Below, piece by piece: positions 28,830 to 38,984 of a stretch of DNA of 57,545 nucleotides. The position numbers were made by a program, and so were the translations under genes. The notes below the pieces were generated by a model. It was not told the DNA's origin, did not search any database, and saw nothing but the letters and a program-made list of their open reading frames with translations. Location of the stretch: positions 1 to 57,545 of the IMG/VR virus record IMGVR_UViG_3300010413_000035, one strand, 5' to 3'. The number at the start of each line of letters is the position of its first letter. The first letter of the stretch is position 1. Origin of the DNA: a virus (Duplodnaviria > Caudoviricetes).

Positions 28830-29315
28830 ATGATTGAAGAAACAATAAAAAGAATTGGCATAGTTAGAATTATAAAAACAGATATTGTTAAAAATAAAGT
28901 TGTAAAAGATTATACAATTAAAAATAGAATTACAAATAATGCTTTGGACGAAATGCTAAAAATTTATTATGATCCTACAGTTGACATGCAATTAAATTTT
29001 GTTGCAATCGGAGACGACAACACTGCTGTCTCTGATTCTTCAACTAGACTATATAATGAAGTATTTAGAACACCTGTCCTGTCAAGAATAAGGACTGGGG
29101 TCGGTCAAGTAGTATCAAGGGCAATTATTAAAGCAGACGAGCCGACAGACTATAGTGGGAATATAACATTTTATGAAATGGGATTTTTTTGTTCTCCAAG
29201 TGCGTATTATTATGTTAATTCTGGTATACTATTATCGAGAATAGTTGTAAATGAAACTAAAACATCAACTGAACAGTTAGAAATTCAAAGAACCGATATT
29301 TTTGAAAGGGGATAA
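28830..29315 (+). CDS. Tail/baseplate structural protein
   Basis: N.IT, VAIG, L.NE.FR, EMGFF, LLSRI motifs typical of tail-fibre base proteins. Confidence 0.6.
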   Translation: MIEETIKRIGIVRIIKTDIVKNKVVKDYTIKNRITNNALDEMLKIYYDPTVDMQLNFVAIGDDNTAVSDSSTRLYNEVFRTPVLSRIRTGVGQVVSRAIIKADEPTDYSGNITFYEMGFFCSPSAYYYVNSGILLSRIVVNETKTSTEQLEIQRTDIFERG

Positions 29316-29319
29316 AATA

Positions 29320-29661
29320 ATGTCAAAATTAAATGCTGAATATCGAATAAAAAATAAAAATCAAATTGAAGAAGCTAAAACTGAGGCTTTTCAAAATTTT
29401 TGTATTCAATATTTTAATCAAATAAGGGATAAAATTGATTATGAATTAACAACAACTACCAAAGAAGATGGCGAGGAATATGTATTATGCTCGGCTAATT
29501 TGCCAGTTATAACCAAAAAAATAGAAGCTGAAAATATTATTTATAAAGAGCCTAAAATTGAAAATCAAGAAAATTTAATTGAAGAAATTTTAACTGATGA
29601 AGAAAAAGAAAAAGAAAAAGAAAAAGAAAAAGAAAAAGAAAAAGAAACAAAAGTCAAATGA
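29320..29661 (+). CDS. Hypothetical protein with (EK)n tail
   Basis: GAAAGGGG RBS; (GAAAAA)7 at 29602-29643. Confidence 0.6.
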   Translation: MSKLNAEYRIKNKNQIEEAKTEAFQNFCIQYFNQIRDKIDYELTTTTKEDGEEYVLCSANLPVITKKIEAENIIYKEPKIENQENLIEEILTDEEKEKEKEKEKEKEKETKVK

Positions 29662-29697
29662 TAAAATGTTTAATTTAACAGAAAGTGGGGGGACTTT

Positions 29698-31422
29698 ATG
29701 GAATCTGGTAAATTTGTCGAATTAACATTTATAAATACAGTTGCAGCACCTGCTATTGATGCAGATAATTTAAACGAAATGCAACGAGTTTTAGAAATGA
29801 CGGACGATTATTTAAGAAGAGACCCATCAATTGCACTTAATAAATATATAGAATATTTTTACATGAGAAATAAAAAAGAATTGGAAATTTTTGCTGATGT
29901 TAGTGATTGGAATCCAAATAATTCAAGTTATGCAACTTTAAGTGATGAAAAAGACGAAAATGTAATGAATTCTAACTGTGTAAAAGCAGAATCACTGACA
30001 GCAGTAGCTAGTCAATTTGTTGGAATGTATCAAACTTTGTCTACTCCAATCGATTTGACAGTTTTTAACGATGGGAGCAGTTCTGCAACGTCAGATTTAA
30101 TGGTACTTTATGTTTATATTGATGATGTTGCCAATTGGGGAGGACTTCAATTAAGAATAGGTGATGATTTTTCTAATTGTTATTATATGGGCTGGTTTGC
30201 TAGTAGTTTAATAACTGGTTGGAATGCACTATATTTTTCTAAGGCTTCAATGACAACATATGGAACACCAACTGGCTTTAATAGTATATCTTATTTAAGG
30301 GTTGTGGCTTATCAATCATCATCTCCAAATATTGGAGACTATTTTTACGCACAATACCTTGGAATTATAAGGGAAGACCCAGCTTATAGTGGATATCCAA
30401 ATGTATCACAATTAATGGAAGAGTCTGGGTATGGACTTTTTTATAATATACACCATCATGTCTGGGACGTGTATTATGACAATTATATTGATAGGCTTGT
30501 ATTATTCCAGCCTAATCCAATAAGCTCAACAAATTCACTTAGTGTTTCATATCTATTTATATCATTTGTTGCAAAAATGGAATTATATTCTATGAATCCA
30601 GGATATACCAATTCATTTATCTGGAGGGTAGATTCTAATAATTTTGTTGAGATTTATATTTCAAGTGATACATTATATTTAGATGCAACTGAGGCAAGTG
30701 TTTTAACCCAGACTAGTGTTGCATTAGATGAAGCTTTAACAAAACATGAAAGAGTAAATTTTTTTATTGAAAAAAATTATTCATTGGTTAGAGTTATAAT
30801 GCGAAAAGGTGCAGAAAGTATAAAAATTTTAGAATATGTAACTTCATTTTCAAATGATACTTCAGGATATATGTATTTTGGGGAAAATAGCACAAATAAT
30901 CAAGGGTTAATCGCTGATTTTGTAATAAGTAATAGTTTGCAAAGTTTGAATTTATATAATGAAAATAATTATCAAATTATCAAAAAAACTATAACTCAAG
31001 AATTTGCTAATACTACATTAGTAGATATTGAAGAATTAACTGCAAAATTAGAGCCTAATGCAACATATGAAGTAACAATTTATTTAAGTGCTAATAATGA
31101 CAATAATGCTTATGATTTGAGGGTTATATGGAATAATACAAATTGTACTACAATAGCATTAAGACACGTATCTGGTCCGAATAGTTCTATGACAGATGTT
31201 TCTAACACAAATGTTAGAAAGTCAGTTTCAAGTATGGGATCAAATGCCTATTACGGAATTGACGGGTCTGGAACTGCATCAAGTGTTATAGAAAAAATAG
31301 TTGTTAGAACTGGTAAAAATGGGGGAATAGCTCAACCTCAAGCCTCGCAATATAGTGCGAGTGCAACATACCCAACAACACTATCATTAAATAGCTTTAT
31401 GACAGTTGTGAAAATACATTAA
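29698..31422 (+). CDS. Tail fibre/receptor-binding protein candidate
   Basis: PAIDADNLNEM N-terminal anchor; beta-rich; last gene before the lysis module. Confidence 0.65.
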   Translation: MESGKFVELTFINTVAAPAIDADNLNEMQRVLEMTDDYLRRDPSIALNKYIEYFYMRNKKELEIFADVSDWNPNNSSYATLSDEKDENVMNSNCVKAESLTAVASQFVGMYQTLSTPIDLTVFNDGSSSATSDLMVLYVYIDDVANWGGLQLRIGDDFSNCYYMGWFASSLITGWNALYFSKASMTTYGTPTGFNSISYLRVVAYQSSSPNIGDYFYAQYLGIIREDPAYSGYPNVSQLMEESGYGLFYNIHHHVWDVYYDNYIDRLVLFQPNPISSTNSLSVSYLFISFVAKMELYSMNPGYTNSFIWRVDSNNFVEIYISSDTLYLDATEASVLTQTSVALDEALTKHERVNFFIEKNYSLVRVIMRKGAESIKILEYVTSFSNDTSGYMYFGENSTNNQGLIADFVISNSLQSLNLYNENNYQIIKKTITQEFANTTLVDIEELTAKLEPNATYEVTIYLSANNDNNAYDLRVIWNNTNCTTIALRHVSGPNSSMTDVSNTNVRKSVSSMGSNAYYGIDGSGTASSVIEKIVVRTGKNGGIAQPQASQYSASATYPTTLSLNSFMTVVKIH

Positions 31423-31467
31423 CAAATAAAAAAAAAATAATTTTTAAATAAGGAATGTAAAGGAAGA

Positions 31468-31812
31468 ATGAAAATGGAAGACAAAGCTTTGGAATTAATT
31501 TTAAATCAAATAAATAATAATGTATCAGATTTAAAAAAGGAAATATTAGACATTAGGCAAACAAGTGCCAAAGATGACGAAAAAATACAAAATTCAATCC
31601 AATCACTTAATAATAAATTAGATAATATTATTAGTGAATATAATAAAAAGTTTGAGGAATATGTAAAAAAAAATGATTGTGAAAAAACCGTCCAAAACTC
31701 CAAAGAAAATGCCTCAAATTTAACTACTAAAAATTTAATGTTAATTAATAGTGGTATATTGGGGGCTTTGGAAATTATTAAATATATAGTTACTGCTTTA
31801 GTAGCTAAATAA
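31468..31812 (+). CDS. Holin-like/XhlA-like protein
   Basis: Coiled coil plus C-terminal hydrophobic helix, upstream of endolysin. Confidence 0.55.
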   Translation: MKMEDKALELILNQINNNVSDLKKEILDIRQTSAKDDEKIQNSIQSLNNKLDNIISEYNKKFEEYVKKNDCEKTVQNSKENASNLTTKNLMLINSGILGALEIIKYIVTALVAK

Positions 31813-31824
31813 AGGAGATATGTT

Positions 31825-32559
31825 ATGAATAATATTTACGGTGTAGATTACCAAGAAAAACAAATTGCTTATAATAGGACATCAAAAACAAGAACCAGAT
31901 ATAATATCCTTGGTTTGGTAGTTCATGGAACTGCAAATTTAAGTAAAACTGCAGATGCAAAAGCTCATTATAATTATTTTAATGGGGGTAATAGAAACTC
32001 CTCAGCTGATTATTTTGTAGATAATACAGGTATTATAAGAATTAATGACTGGAAAAAATATTATACTTGGCATATTGGGGATTATAAAAATAGGGGACTA
32101 TCAGCTCCAAAACATGGATTATATAATAAAAACACAGTTTCAATTGAAATTTGCGTAAATAATTATAATGATAGTGCAAAAATGAAAGCAACTATTGATA
32201 ATACAATAAAATTAGCATGTTATTTAATTAAGAATGAAATTTATTTAAAACCTGATAGTGTATATAGGCACTTTGATGTTACTACAAAATTTTGTCCAGG
32301 AGCTGGATATGATTGCGTTGACTTGGATAATCCTGAAATTGCACCAAACTGGAAAAGCTTTAAAAGCAATTTAACAAAATTATATAATAGTGTTGGAACT
32401 GGAAATATTGATTTAAGTGAAGAAGAAAAAACAACAACATCAACCAAAACAACATATTTTGTACAAGCTGGAGCATTTAGTAAAAAAACAAATGCTGAGG
32501 AACTTATAACAAAATTGAAAAAAGATGGATACAATGCTATTTTAAAAACATCATATTAA
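31825..32559 (+). CDS. Endolysin: N-acetylmuramoyl-L-alanine amidase (Amidase_2) + SPOR domain
   Basis: VVHGTAN, SA.YFVD, WH.G, SIEIC, RHFDVT.K.CP; YFVQAGAFSKK.NAE. Confidence 0.92.
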   Translation: MNNIYGVDYQEKQIAYNRTSKTRTRYNILGLVVHGTANLSKTADAKAHYNYFNGGNRNSSADYFVDNTGIIRINDWKKYYTWHIGDYKNRGLSAPKHGLYNKNTVSIEICVNNYNDSAKMKATIDNTIKLACYLIKNEIYLKPDSVYRHFDVTTKFCPGAGYDCVDLDNPEIAPNWKSFKSNLTKLYNSVGTGNIDLSEEEKTTTSTKTTYFVQAGAFSKKTNAEELITKLKKDGYNAILKTSY

Positions 32560-32609
32560 TAGTATAATAAAGTATACATTGGATTAGGAAAATAACAAAA
32601 CTCAGGTAA

Positions 32610-32650
32610 AATAAAAAAAGTAACTAATTTAGGTTAGTTACTTTTTTATT
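32610..32650. terminator. Bidirectional terminator between convergent operons
   Basis: AAAAAAGTAACTAA-loop-TTAGTTACTTTTTT. Confidence 0.8.
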
Positions 32651-32659
32651 ATCCTTTCA

Positions 32660-33079
32660 TTATTCCCATTTTTGAGTTATTCTATTATATTTTTTCTTTA
32701 AATTATTAACTACTTTTTCTTTATCTTCATTTAATACTTTCATAGTATCAGTTAAACTATTTATATCAGGGTTTTTTCTTGAAATATCATTTAATGTATT
32801 ATTAATTATTTCTGCAGTTTTTAATAAATCACTCAAATCATTAAGTATTTCTTTATTTTTACTTAATTTAAGCAAATCATTATTAAAATTTTTAAATAGT
32901 TCTTGGAATTTATCAAAATCTTGTATATTAAAATTTTTAAAAATATTATCAAAAAAATTCTTAATATTAATTAAATTTTTTGAATTTTTTTGATTACTTA
33001 AGAAAATATAAATACTTAATAGTATTACAACTATTATTAATACTACATTAAAGACTAAAGTTAATTTTAAAATATCCAT
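32660..33079 (-). CDS. Single-pass membrane protein
   Basis: N-terminal hydrophobic helix; GAGGAGG RBS. Confidence 0.7.
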   Translation of the reverse strand: MDILKLTLVFNVVLIIVVILLSIYIFLSNQKNSKNLINIKNFFDNIFKNFNIQDFDKFQELFKNFNNDLLKLSKNKEILNDLSDLLKTAEIINNTLNDISRKNPDINSLTDTMKVLNEDKEKVVNNLKKKYNRITQKWE

Positions 33080-33277
33080 TTATGAATCCTCCTCAGATTT
33101 TTGTTTTAAATAATTTGTTATTGCCTCTTCTAAAATATTAAATAATTTTTTATTAGATAACATTTGATAATTTTTTAAATTTCTATATAAATTAAAATTT
33201 AGTTTTAATTGTGTTGTTTTAATAAGCTTTGGGTCATAATCATAATTTTTAAATTTAAATTTTAGCATTTTTCCCAT
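33080..33277 (-). CDS. Ribbon-helix-helix-like DNA-binding protein
   Basis: KTTQLKL...LY..LK......K....ILEEAI.NYL. Confidence 0.6.
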   Translation of the reverse strand: MGKMLKFKFKNYDYDPKLIKTTQLKLNFNLYRNLKNYQMLSNKKLFNILEEAITNYLKQKSEEDS

Positions 33278-33318
33278 TCCCCTTTTAGTGTTTTAAAATA
33301 TTTCATTTTTAGAAACTC

Positions 33319-34320
33319 CTAAAAATCAGGAGTTTCTTTTATTCTTTCTTCTAATTTTGGCAGTTTTTCTTCTTTATTTTCTAATTGTGTTAAAGGGTCA
33401 TTCCCTGCATTTTCAATTTTAGTTTCTTTTTTTGAATCTTCTTTTAAGGGATTTTCTTTTTTAGTATTTTCTTGTTTTTCTTTTTCAGCTTTTTCTTGTT
33501 TAGCTTTAAAGCTTTTATATAAAGAATCTACTAATTTTAATAATTGACTACTTTGTGCATTTTTAACATCTTCTATTTTTTCAACTTCTAGTTTAGTCAA
33601 AATATAATTATGAGTTGCATCTTTAACATCAGCTGGAAATTGATTTAATTTAGTTTTATAACTTTTAATATTATCTTCAGTTAAAAGGTCTTCAGGTATA
33701 AAATTTAAATTATCATTATTTAATAATTCATTTTGTGAATTATAATTTTCTTCAATTCCCATTTCGTCAGCGATATACATTCCAGAAGTCTCCTCTGGTA
33801 TAAAGTTTCTAATCGCAGCGACAATACAGCATTTTGTAATCATAATCCCAGGCATAGAATTCCAATTTTGATTATTATTTTTTTTATATTCATGTAAACT
33901 AACAGTCCATTTTATCGGATGTTGCCAATTTTTCACGTAAATGTTACAATAAGCACCAACAATAGACTCCTCATTAGGCTCGTAAAAAGTTCCAACATTA
34001 TGCTTTAATTGCCCACCTTTTTTAGCTTTTACAATTAAACCATACTCATAACCATTACAATTTTTTGATTGATTTAATCTTTTTATAAATACATCTTTTG
34101 AAACTATAATTGATGCTGCATAGTCTTTTATTTTAACTAAATAAGCCTCTCTCAAAAATGGGTTTAATTTTCTAAAATAGCATAATTCCATAAAATTCAT
34201 TACTTCAACATCTGTTGAATTTCCAACATTTAAAGTCTGTCTAATTTTATTCACACTTAATTCTATTGAAACACCTGCATCTGATTTATAATTTCTTACT
34301 AATTGATTTTTATTATTCAT
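33319..34320 (-). CDS. Bet/RecT single-strand annealing recombinase
   Basis: FMELC...LNPF.REAYLVK, IIVSKD, W..MP..MI.K...V.A.R..P....GMY..DEMG. Confidence 0.9.
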   Translation of the reverse strand: MNNKNQLVRNYKSDAGVSIELSVNKIRQTLNVGNSTDVEVMNFMELCYFRKLNPFLREAYLVKIKDYAASIIVSKDVFIKRLNQSKNCNGYEYGLIVKAKKGGQLKHNVGTFYEPNEESIVGAYCNIYVKNWQHPIKWTVSLHEYKKNNNQNWNSMPGIMITKCCIVAAIRNFIPEETSGMYIADEMGIEENYNSQNELLNNDNLNFIPEDLLTEDNIKSYKTKLNQFPADVKDATHNYILTKLEVEKIEDVKNAQSSQLLKLVDSLYKSFKAKQEKAEKEKQENTKKENPLKEDSKKETKIENAGNDPLTQLENKEEKLPKLEERIKETPDF

Positions 34321-34361
34321 AATATTATCCTCCCAAGAAATAAATTTTATTTACTAAATAT

Positions 34362-34472
34362 ATTATAACACTGTATTATCAACTTTACAAGGCATTTTAT
34401 AATAAAATAAGAAAATAATTTTCTAAGAATCTTATAAAATGCCTTGTATTTAACTTATTACGATGTTATAAT
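34362..34472. promoter_or_regulatory. Symmetric divergent promoters with a 17-bp perfect inverted repeat
   Basis: TACAAGGCATTTTATAA (34386-34402) / TTATAAAATGCCTTGTA (34432-34448); each arm holds a TTGTA -35 with TATAAT 17 bp away. Confidence 0.8.
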
Positions 34473-34514
34473 GTATTTAGCAACAAAAAATATTTCACTT
34501 AAAGGAGATTTGTT

Positions 34515-36725
34515 ATGAATAACCCTAAAGAATTAACTAAAATAAATGTATATATACAAGATATAATTTACTCAAATGAGGAAAATGATTTTTATATTTA
34601 TTCAGCTCATTATACTGAGAAATTGGAACATGTTTCAATAAAAACAACTGGCTTTAAACTACCAGTTGGGGATACTTGCTTAGTTGGATATAAAACAAAA
34701 TATTTTAACAATAAAAGTCAACAATGGGAAAATTCTTTTGATTGTAAATATCAAGATACAAGTTCATTAACTAGAGATCAACAAAGAAATTTATTATGTA
34801 CTATAAAAGGAATAAAAGAAAAAACTATTGATAAAATTTTTGAAGGTATAGAATCCGAGAATGTTTTGAGTGTTTTAAGAAGTGATAAAGTTCCAAAAAT
34901 AAAAGGAATTGGCGATTTTAAAATGAATAGTATTCTAACTGGTTTAAAAGTTTTAGACTCACAAATAATTTTTAGGGATTTAAATGTTTTAATTGGAAAT
35001 AAAGCTCATTCAAAAGTTTTAAATAAAATAGCTGAAGAAATTAAATGCCCTTTTACAGATACAACATTTGAAAGTTTCAAAGAAAATCCATATATTACTT
35101 TAATTGATGGGTTGAAAATGAATTTTAAAAAAGCCGATGCCATAGCTTTACAAATGGGAATTAGTAAAAAAGATTTAAACAGAGCCAAATATTACATTGA
35201 AAGTTTAGTTATTAAAAGTTTAGGAACAGGCAACTGTTTTATTAAATATGATGATTTATTAAACCAATGTAAAGAAATGAAAATTAACAAATTTTATGAT
35301 TTAAAAGAAATTATAAATAATAATGAAAGATTAGTAATTGAAGATGCAAAAGTTTATTTAGAATTTATATATAAGGCTGAGACTGGAGTTGCTGAAAATA
35401 TACAATATTTTTTAAATGATGTTGATACTAAATATCAAGAAGAAGATTTAAATAAAATTATTGATAAATACGAAAATAACATCGGGTTTAAATTAGCAGA
35501 CAAGCAAAAAGAATCAATGTTAGAAGTTATGAAAAATGATTGTATGATAATAACTGGAGGAGCTGGTTGTGGGAAAACAACAGTTCTGAAAGGTATTGTT
35601 AATATGATAAAAAATTTCAACTATTCACCAGTTATTATGACTCCAACTGGTAAAGCTAGTAGAAGAGCGAGTCAAGCGACTGGATGTGAGGCTTCAACAA
35701 TTCATTCTTATTTATGGAATGTTGGGAAAAGTTCAGGGAATGTTTGCATTATTGACGAGACTTCAATGGTTGATATTATGTTATTTAATAGCTTATTAAA
35801 AAGGTTAAAAGAATGTAATTTTAAAAAATTAATAATAGTTGGAGACCCTAACCAATTACAAAGTGTTCAAGCTGGGAATGTTTTATTAGATTTAATAGAA
35901 TCAAAAGTTATAAAAACTATTAAATTAAATAAAACATTTAGGCAGGGAGAAGATAGCAATATTATAAAAAATGCAAATGAAGTTATAAACCAAAAAACAT
36001 ATCAACCAATTAAAAACAAAGATTTTTTTGTTAGGGAACATATAAATAATATAGATTTTCTAAAAAGCTTAAAACAAGCCTATACAACTTTACAAAATAA
36101 ATTTAATAATATAGATGAATTTTATTCACAAGTTCAAATTATATGCCCAACAAAGGGAAAAGAAGTGGATATAACTTCAAATAAATTAACTTCAAGTGAT
36201 ATAAAAGTTCATAATATAAACCATTTTATAAAAATGAATTATAACCCAAAAATAAAAAATAAGTATGAATTTAATACTCAAACTGGCGAAAAGAAAGAAG
36301 TAAAAAACGACTTTTTCCCTTATTCAATAGATGATAAAATAATGAATTTAGAAAATGACAAAGAAAACGGAATATTCAACGGAGAATGTGGAAGGGTAAC
36401 AGCAATCAATCAAAAAACTTTTACTGTACATTTCTATGATTTGGGTAAAGATTGTACATTCCAAAAGAACTCGGAAAATATTAACAGGTTTATGTTAGCA
36501 TACTGCAGTACAGTTCATAAAATGCAAGGTAGTGAATATAAATATGTGTTACTAGTTTTGAGTGAAGATTCCCCTTTTATTGATTCCCAATTGTTGTATA
36601 CTGCAATTACAAGAGCAAAAGAAACTTTGTTTATATTGCAAAAACCAAGCATACAAGATAAAATAGTTCTAAGAAAAAATAGCTTAAAAAGAAATACCTA
36701 TTTGAAAGAAAGACTCCAAGCTTAA
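34515..36725 (+). CDS. recD2: RecD2-like SF1B helicase
   Basis: HhH IKGI motifs, ITGGAGCGKTT, TPTGKAS, IIDETSM, GD.NQL.SV, LAYCSTVHKMQGSEY, LLYTAITRAK. Confidence 0.92.
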   Translation: MNNPKELTKINVYIQDIIYSNEENDFYIYSAHYTEKLEHVSIKTTGFKLPVGDTCLVGYKTKYFNNKSQQWENSFDCKYQDTSSLTRDQQRNLLCTIKGIKEKTIDKIFEGIESENVLSVLRSDKVPKIKGIGDFKMNSILTGLKVLDSQIIFRDLNVLIGNKAHSKVLNKIAEEIKCPFTDTTFESFKENPYITLIDGLKMNFKKADAIALQMGISKKDLNRAKYYIESLVIKSLGTGNCFIKYDDLLNQCKEMKINKFYDLKEIINNNERLVIEDAKVYLEFIYKAETGVAENIQYFLNDVDTKYQEEDLNKIIDKYENNIGFKLADKQKESMLEVMKNDCMIITGGAGCGKTTVLKGIVNMIKNFNYSPVIMTPTGKASRRASQATGCEASTIHSYLWNVGKSSGNVCIIDETSMVDIMLFNSLLKRLKECNFKKLIIVGDPNQLQSVQAGNVLLDLIESKVIKTIKLNKTFRQGEDSNIIKNANEVINQKTYQPIKNKDFFVREHINNIDFLKSLKQAYTTLQNKFNNIDEFYSQVQIICPTKGKEVDITSNKLTSSDIKVHNINHFIKMNYNPKIKNKYEFNTQTGEKKEVKNDFFPYSIDDKIMNLENDKENGIFNGECGRVTAINQKTFTVHFYDLGKDCTFQKNSENINRFMLAYCSTVHKMQGSEYKYVLLVLSEDSPFIDSQLLYTAITRAKETLFILQKPSIQDKIVLRKNSLKRNTYLKERLQA

Positions 36726-36917
36726 ATAATAATAGAATAAAAAAAGACTTGGTTAGAGTCTTTTTTTATTTCCTACAAAATAATTTATAATAAAGAATGT
36801 AATAACCATATTATAACAAAATGTATATTAATTCAAAAAAATTTTAAATTACATTTTAAATCCCTTAAGAAATAAGGTATAATGTATACTTATTATTTTT
36901 TAAGGGATGTGTTGTAT

Positions 36918-37130
36918 ATGATATTAGAAAGAATTAAATTAATTATAAAATGTATATTTGGGATTATATTTAGCTGGGAGACTTTGAATGTTTATTTTTT
37001 TACTAATGAAGAATTGGAAAATTTTAAACTAGATGAGTATATAGAAGAAGTTAGTAAAATTTACGAAAACAAAGAAAATATAAAAGTTGAAGAAGATATT
37101 AATATATATGTTGATGGTGAAATAGTTTAA
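36918..37130 (+). CDS. Hypothetical protein
   Basis: ORF after a TATAAT and AGGGA RBS. Confidence 0.55.
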   Translation: MILERIKLIIKCIFGIIFSWETLNVYFFTNEELENFKLDEYIEEVSKIYENKENIKVEEDINIYVDGEIV

Positions 37131-37356
37131 TAAATGTTATAATGAAATGGAAATTTAAAAATCTATTATGGATTTTTGTTTTTCCATTTTTTTATCAAAA
37201 CTTTTTTTATTTATTTCAACATTTTTTTATTCAGATTTACATATAAAAATAACTAACTTTAGATTATTATAATCATAAGTTAGTTATTTTTGTGTTTAAT
37301 ATTTACAAACATATTTTTTCTAAAATTATATATATTATATTCATTTTTTATAATTT

Positions 37357-37799
37357 TTGCTAGATACAAATTTATATTTTTTGCTAGGTTAAAATCTTGC
37401 TAAGTAAAAACTTGCTAGTTAAAAATTTTTGCTAAGTAAAAACTTGCTAGTTAAAAACTGCTAATTAAAAATCTTTGCTAGAAATAAATATTGCTTTGCT
37501 AGAAACAAAAATTACCTGCTAGAAATAAATATTGCCTTGCTAGGAATAAAATTAAATCCTTGCTAAGCCTGGTATTACTAGTTAGCAATGATTTTTAAAT
37601 TTAGCAAAGATTTATTGTTATTTTTTTTAATTTAGTAATAAATTTAAATCTAGCAAAAATTTTTAACTAGCAAAGATTTATTATTAGCAAGAAATTTTAT
37701 TTCTAGCAAAGATTTTATAAAAATAATTTTGTTTTTAGCAACTTAAAGCAAGTAAAATTTTTACATTTTGACTTTTTACCTAGCAAGAAAAAACAGCAA
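37357..37799. repeat. Symmetric array: 12 YTGCTA direct copies, then about 11 inverted TAGCAA-type copies
   Basis: YTGCTA from 37357 to 37560; TAGCAA from 37583 to 37781 plus degenerate copies; A/T-tract spacers; non-coding. Confidence 0.85.
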
Positions 37800-37848
37800 A
37801 TTAAATTTTTAAATAATTTGCTATCTACCCAAATTCAATATTTAATTT

Positions 37849-38166
37849 TTACAAATAATTTTCTGTATTTTTTTTATTAAGAATTGCAAATTTTTTATCA
37901 ATTGGGCAGTATGCTAAATAAAATTCTTTGTTTTTAAATTCTATTGTTTGGCTGCCATTGGAAAAAGAAAAAGTAGTATCATTTAAAAGAATTAAACTTT
38001 CTTTTGTTTTTTCATTGCTGAAATTATCAATAAAATTTTCTATTTCAAGCCAGTTCCCTTTTTCAATTAAAATAATATATAATTGTTTTGATAATAATAG
38101 CCTCTTATATTTATTAAAATCAATTAAGTAATAGTTTTTACCATTGTGTATTATTTTATCAATCAT
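37849..38166 (-). CDS. Hypothetical protein
   Basis: GAAAGGA RBS. Confidence 0.65.
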   Translation of the reverse strand: MIDKIIHNGKNYYLIDFNKYKRLLLSKQLYIILIEKGNWLEIENFIDNFSNEKTKESLILLNDTTFSFSNGSQTIEFKNKEFYLAYCPIDKKFAILNKKNTENYL

Positions 38167-38248
38167 TTATATCAGTCCTTTCTAAGGTAAAAAAAAGTAG
38201 TATGTTTGTTAGTTATCATACTACTTTTTTTATAATAAAACCTTAAAA

Positions 38249-38776
38249 TTAATATTCTATATGATTTACTTTTATTGATACTTTAAAATCACCATCGCCA
38301 AACCATTTCCTCAAATCTTTTAAAAACAAATCAATTACAAACTCAGCTCCTGCGTTGTTAAATTCAGTTCCAGCCAATAGTTTAACAATATATTCCCTTT
38401 TATATTTTGTTGGATTTTTATAATTATAAATTAAACCATCTGCATCCTCAAAGTAAGTTAAATCTCCGTTTTGATGTTTTTGTGGTATGCTTTTTTTATC
38501 TTCTTTGCAAAAAGTTACACTAAGACTTACTTTTATAACATCTGCAAACTTAACTTTTTTTACATCAACTTTAGAAAGCAAAAACTCAACAATATCATCA
38601 AAGTTAGGCAGTTTCATTGCTTTAATTTTTCTTAATTTTACATAATATTCAAATCTTTTTTCTTTAAAATTAAAATCACCATCAATATTTTGGAATCCCA
38701 GTTCAGCTTTGCTTTGCCTTGTATTATAAACCAAAAAGTCCTCCACCTTTCTTTTCTTGATTTCTTTTAGTATCAA
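38249..38776 (-). CDS. Hypothetical protein
   Basis: Long ORF; start uncertain (TTG or downstream GTG). Confidence 0.65.
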   Translation of the reverse strand: MILKEIKKRKVEDFLVYNTRQSKAELGFQNIDGDFNFKEKRFEYYVKLRKIKAMKLPNFDDIVEFLLSKVDVKKVKFADVIKVSLSVTFCKEDKKSIPQKHQNGDLTYFEDADGLIYNYKNPTKYKREYIVKLLAGTEFNNAGAEFVIDLFLKDLRKWFGDGDFKVSIKVNHIEY

Positions 38777-38903
38777 CTATAGGAAAATTTTGTTTACCTT
38801 CTTCAAGAATGTCAAAGTCTTCAAGACCAAAACCACTATTAATTCCATTTTTCTGCTCATTTTCAGCATTTCTTTTTAATTTATCTCTATCTCTTTTATT
38901 CAT
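38724..38903 (-). CDS. Small hypothetical protein (59 aa, not in ORF track)
   Basis: GGAGGT RBS; MNKRDRDKLKRNAENEQKNG...GGGLFGL. Confidence 0.6.
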   Translation of the reverse strand: MNKRDRDKLKRNAENEQKNGINSGFGLEDFDILEEGKQNFPIVDTKRNQEKKGGGLFGL

Positions 38904-38936
38904 TATGTAACCTCCAAAATGTTATTTATTACTATT

Positions 38937-38978
38937 ATTATATAATAAAAGTGCCACAATGTAAATACTATGTAGCAC
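38937..38978 (-). promoter_or_regulatory. Promoter with TGTGGCAC/TGTAGCAC boxes
   Basis: Minus strand TTTACA-17 bp-TATAAT; second box on the plus strand at 38971-38978. Confidence 0.7.
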
Positions 38979-38984
38979 CTTATT

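Noticed and set aside
29602-29643. (GAAAAA)7 as a phase-variation switch
   Set aside because: The unit is a multiple of three near the C-terminus, so slippage only changes the length of an EK tail
29698-31422. Diversity-generating retroelement target
   Set aside because: No reverse transcriptase and no template/variable repeat pair seen
37357-37799. CRISPR array or mini-array
   Set aside because: Units are only 6-7 bp with short, low-complexity, partly repeated spacers and an orientation flip; no cas genes
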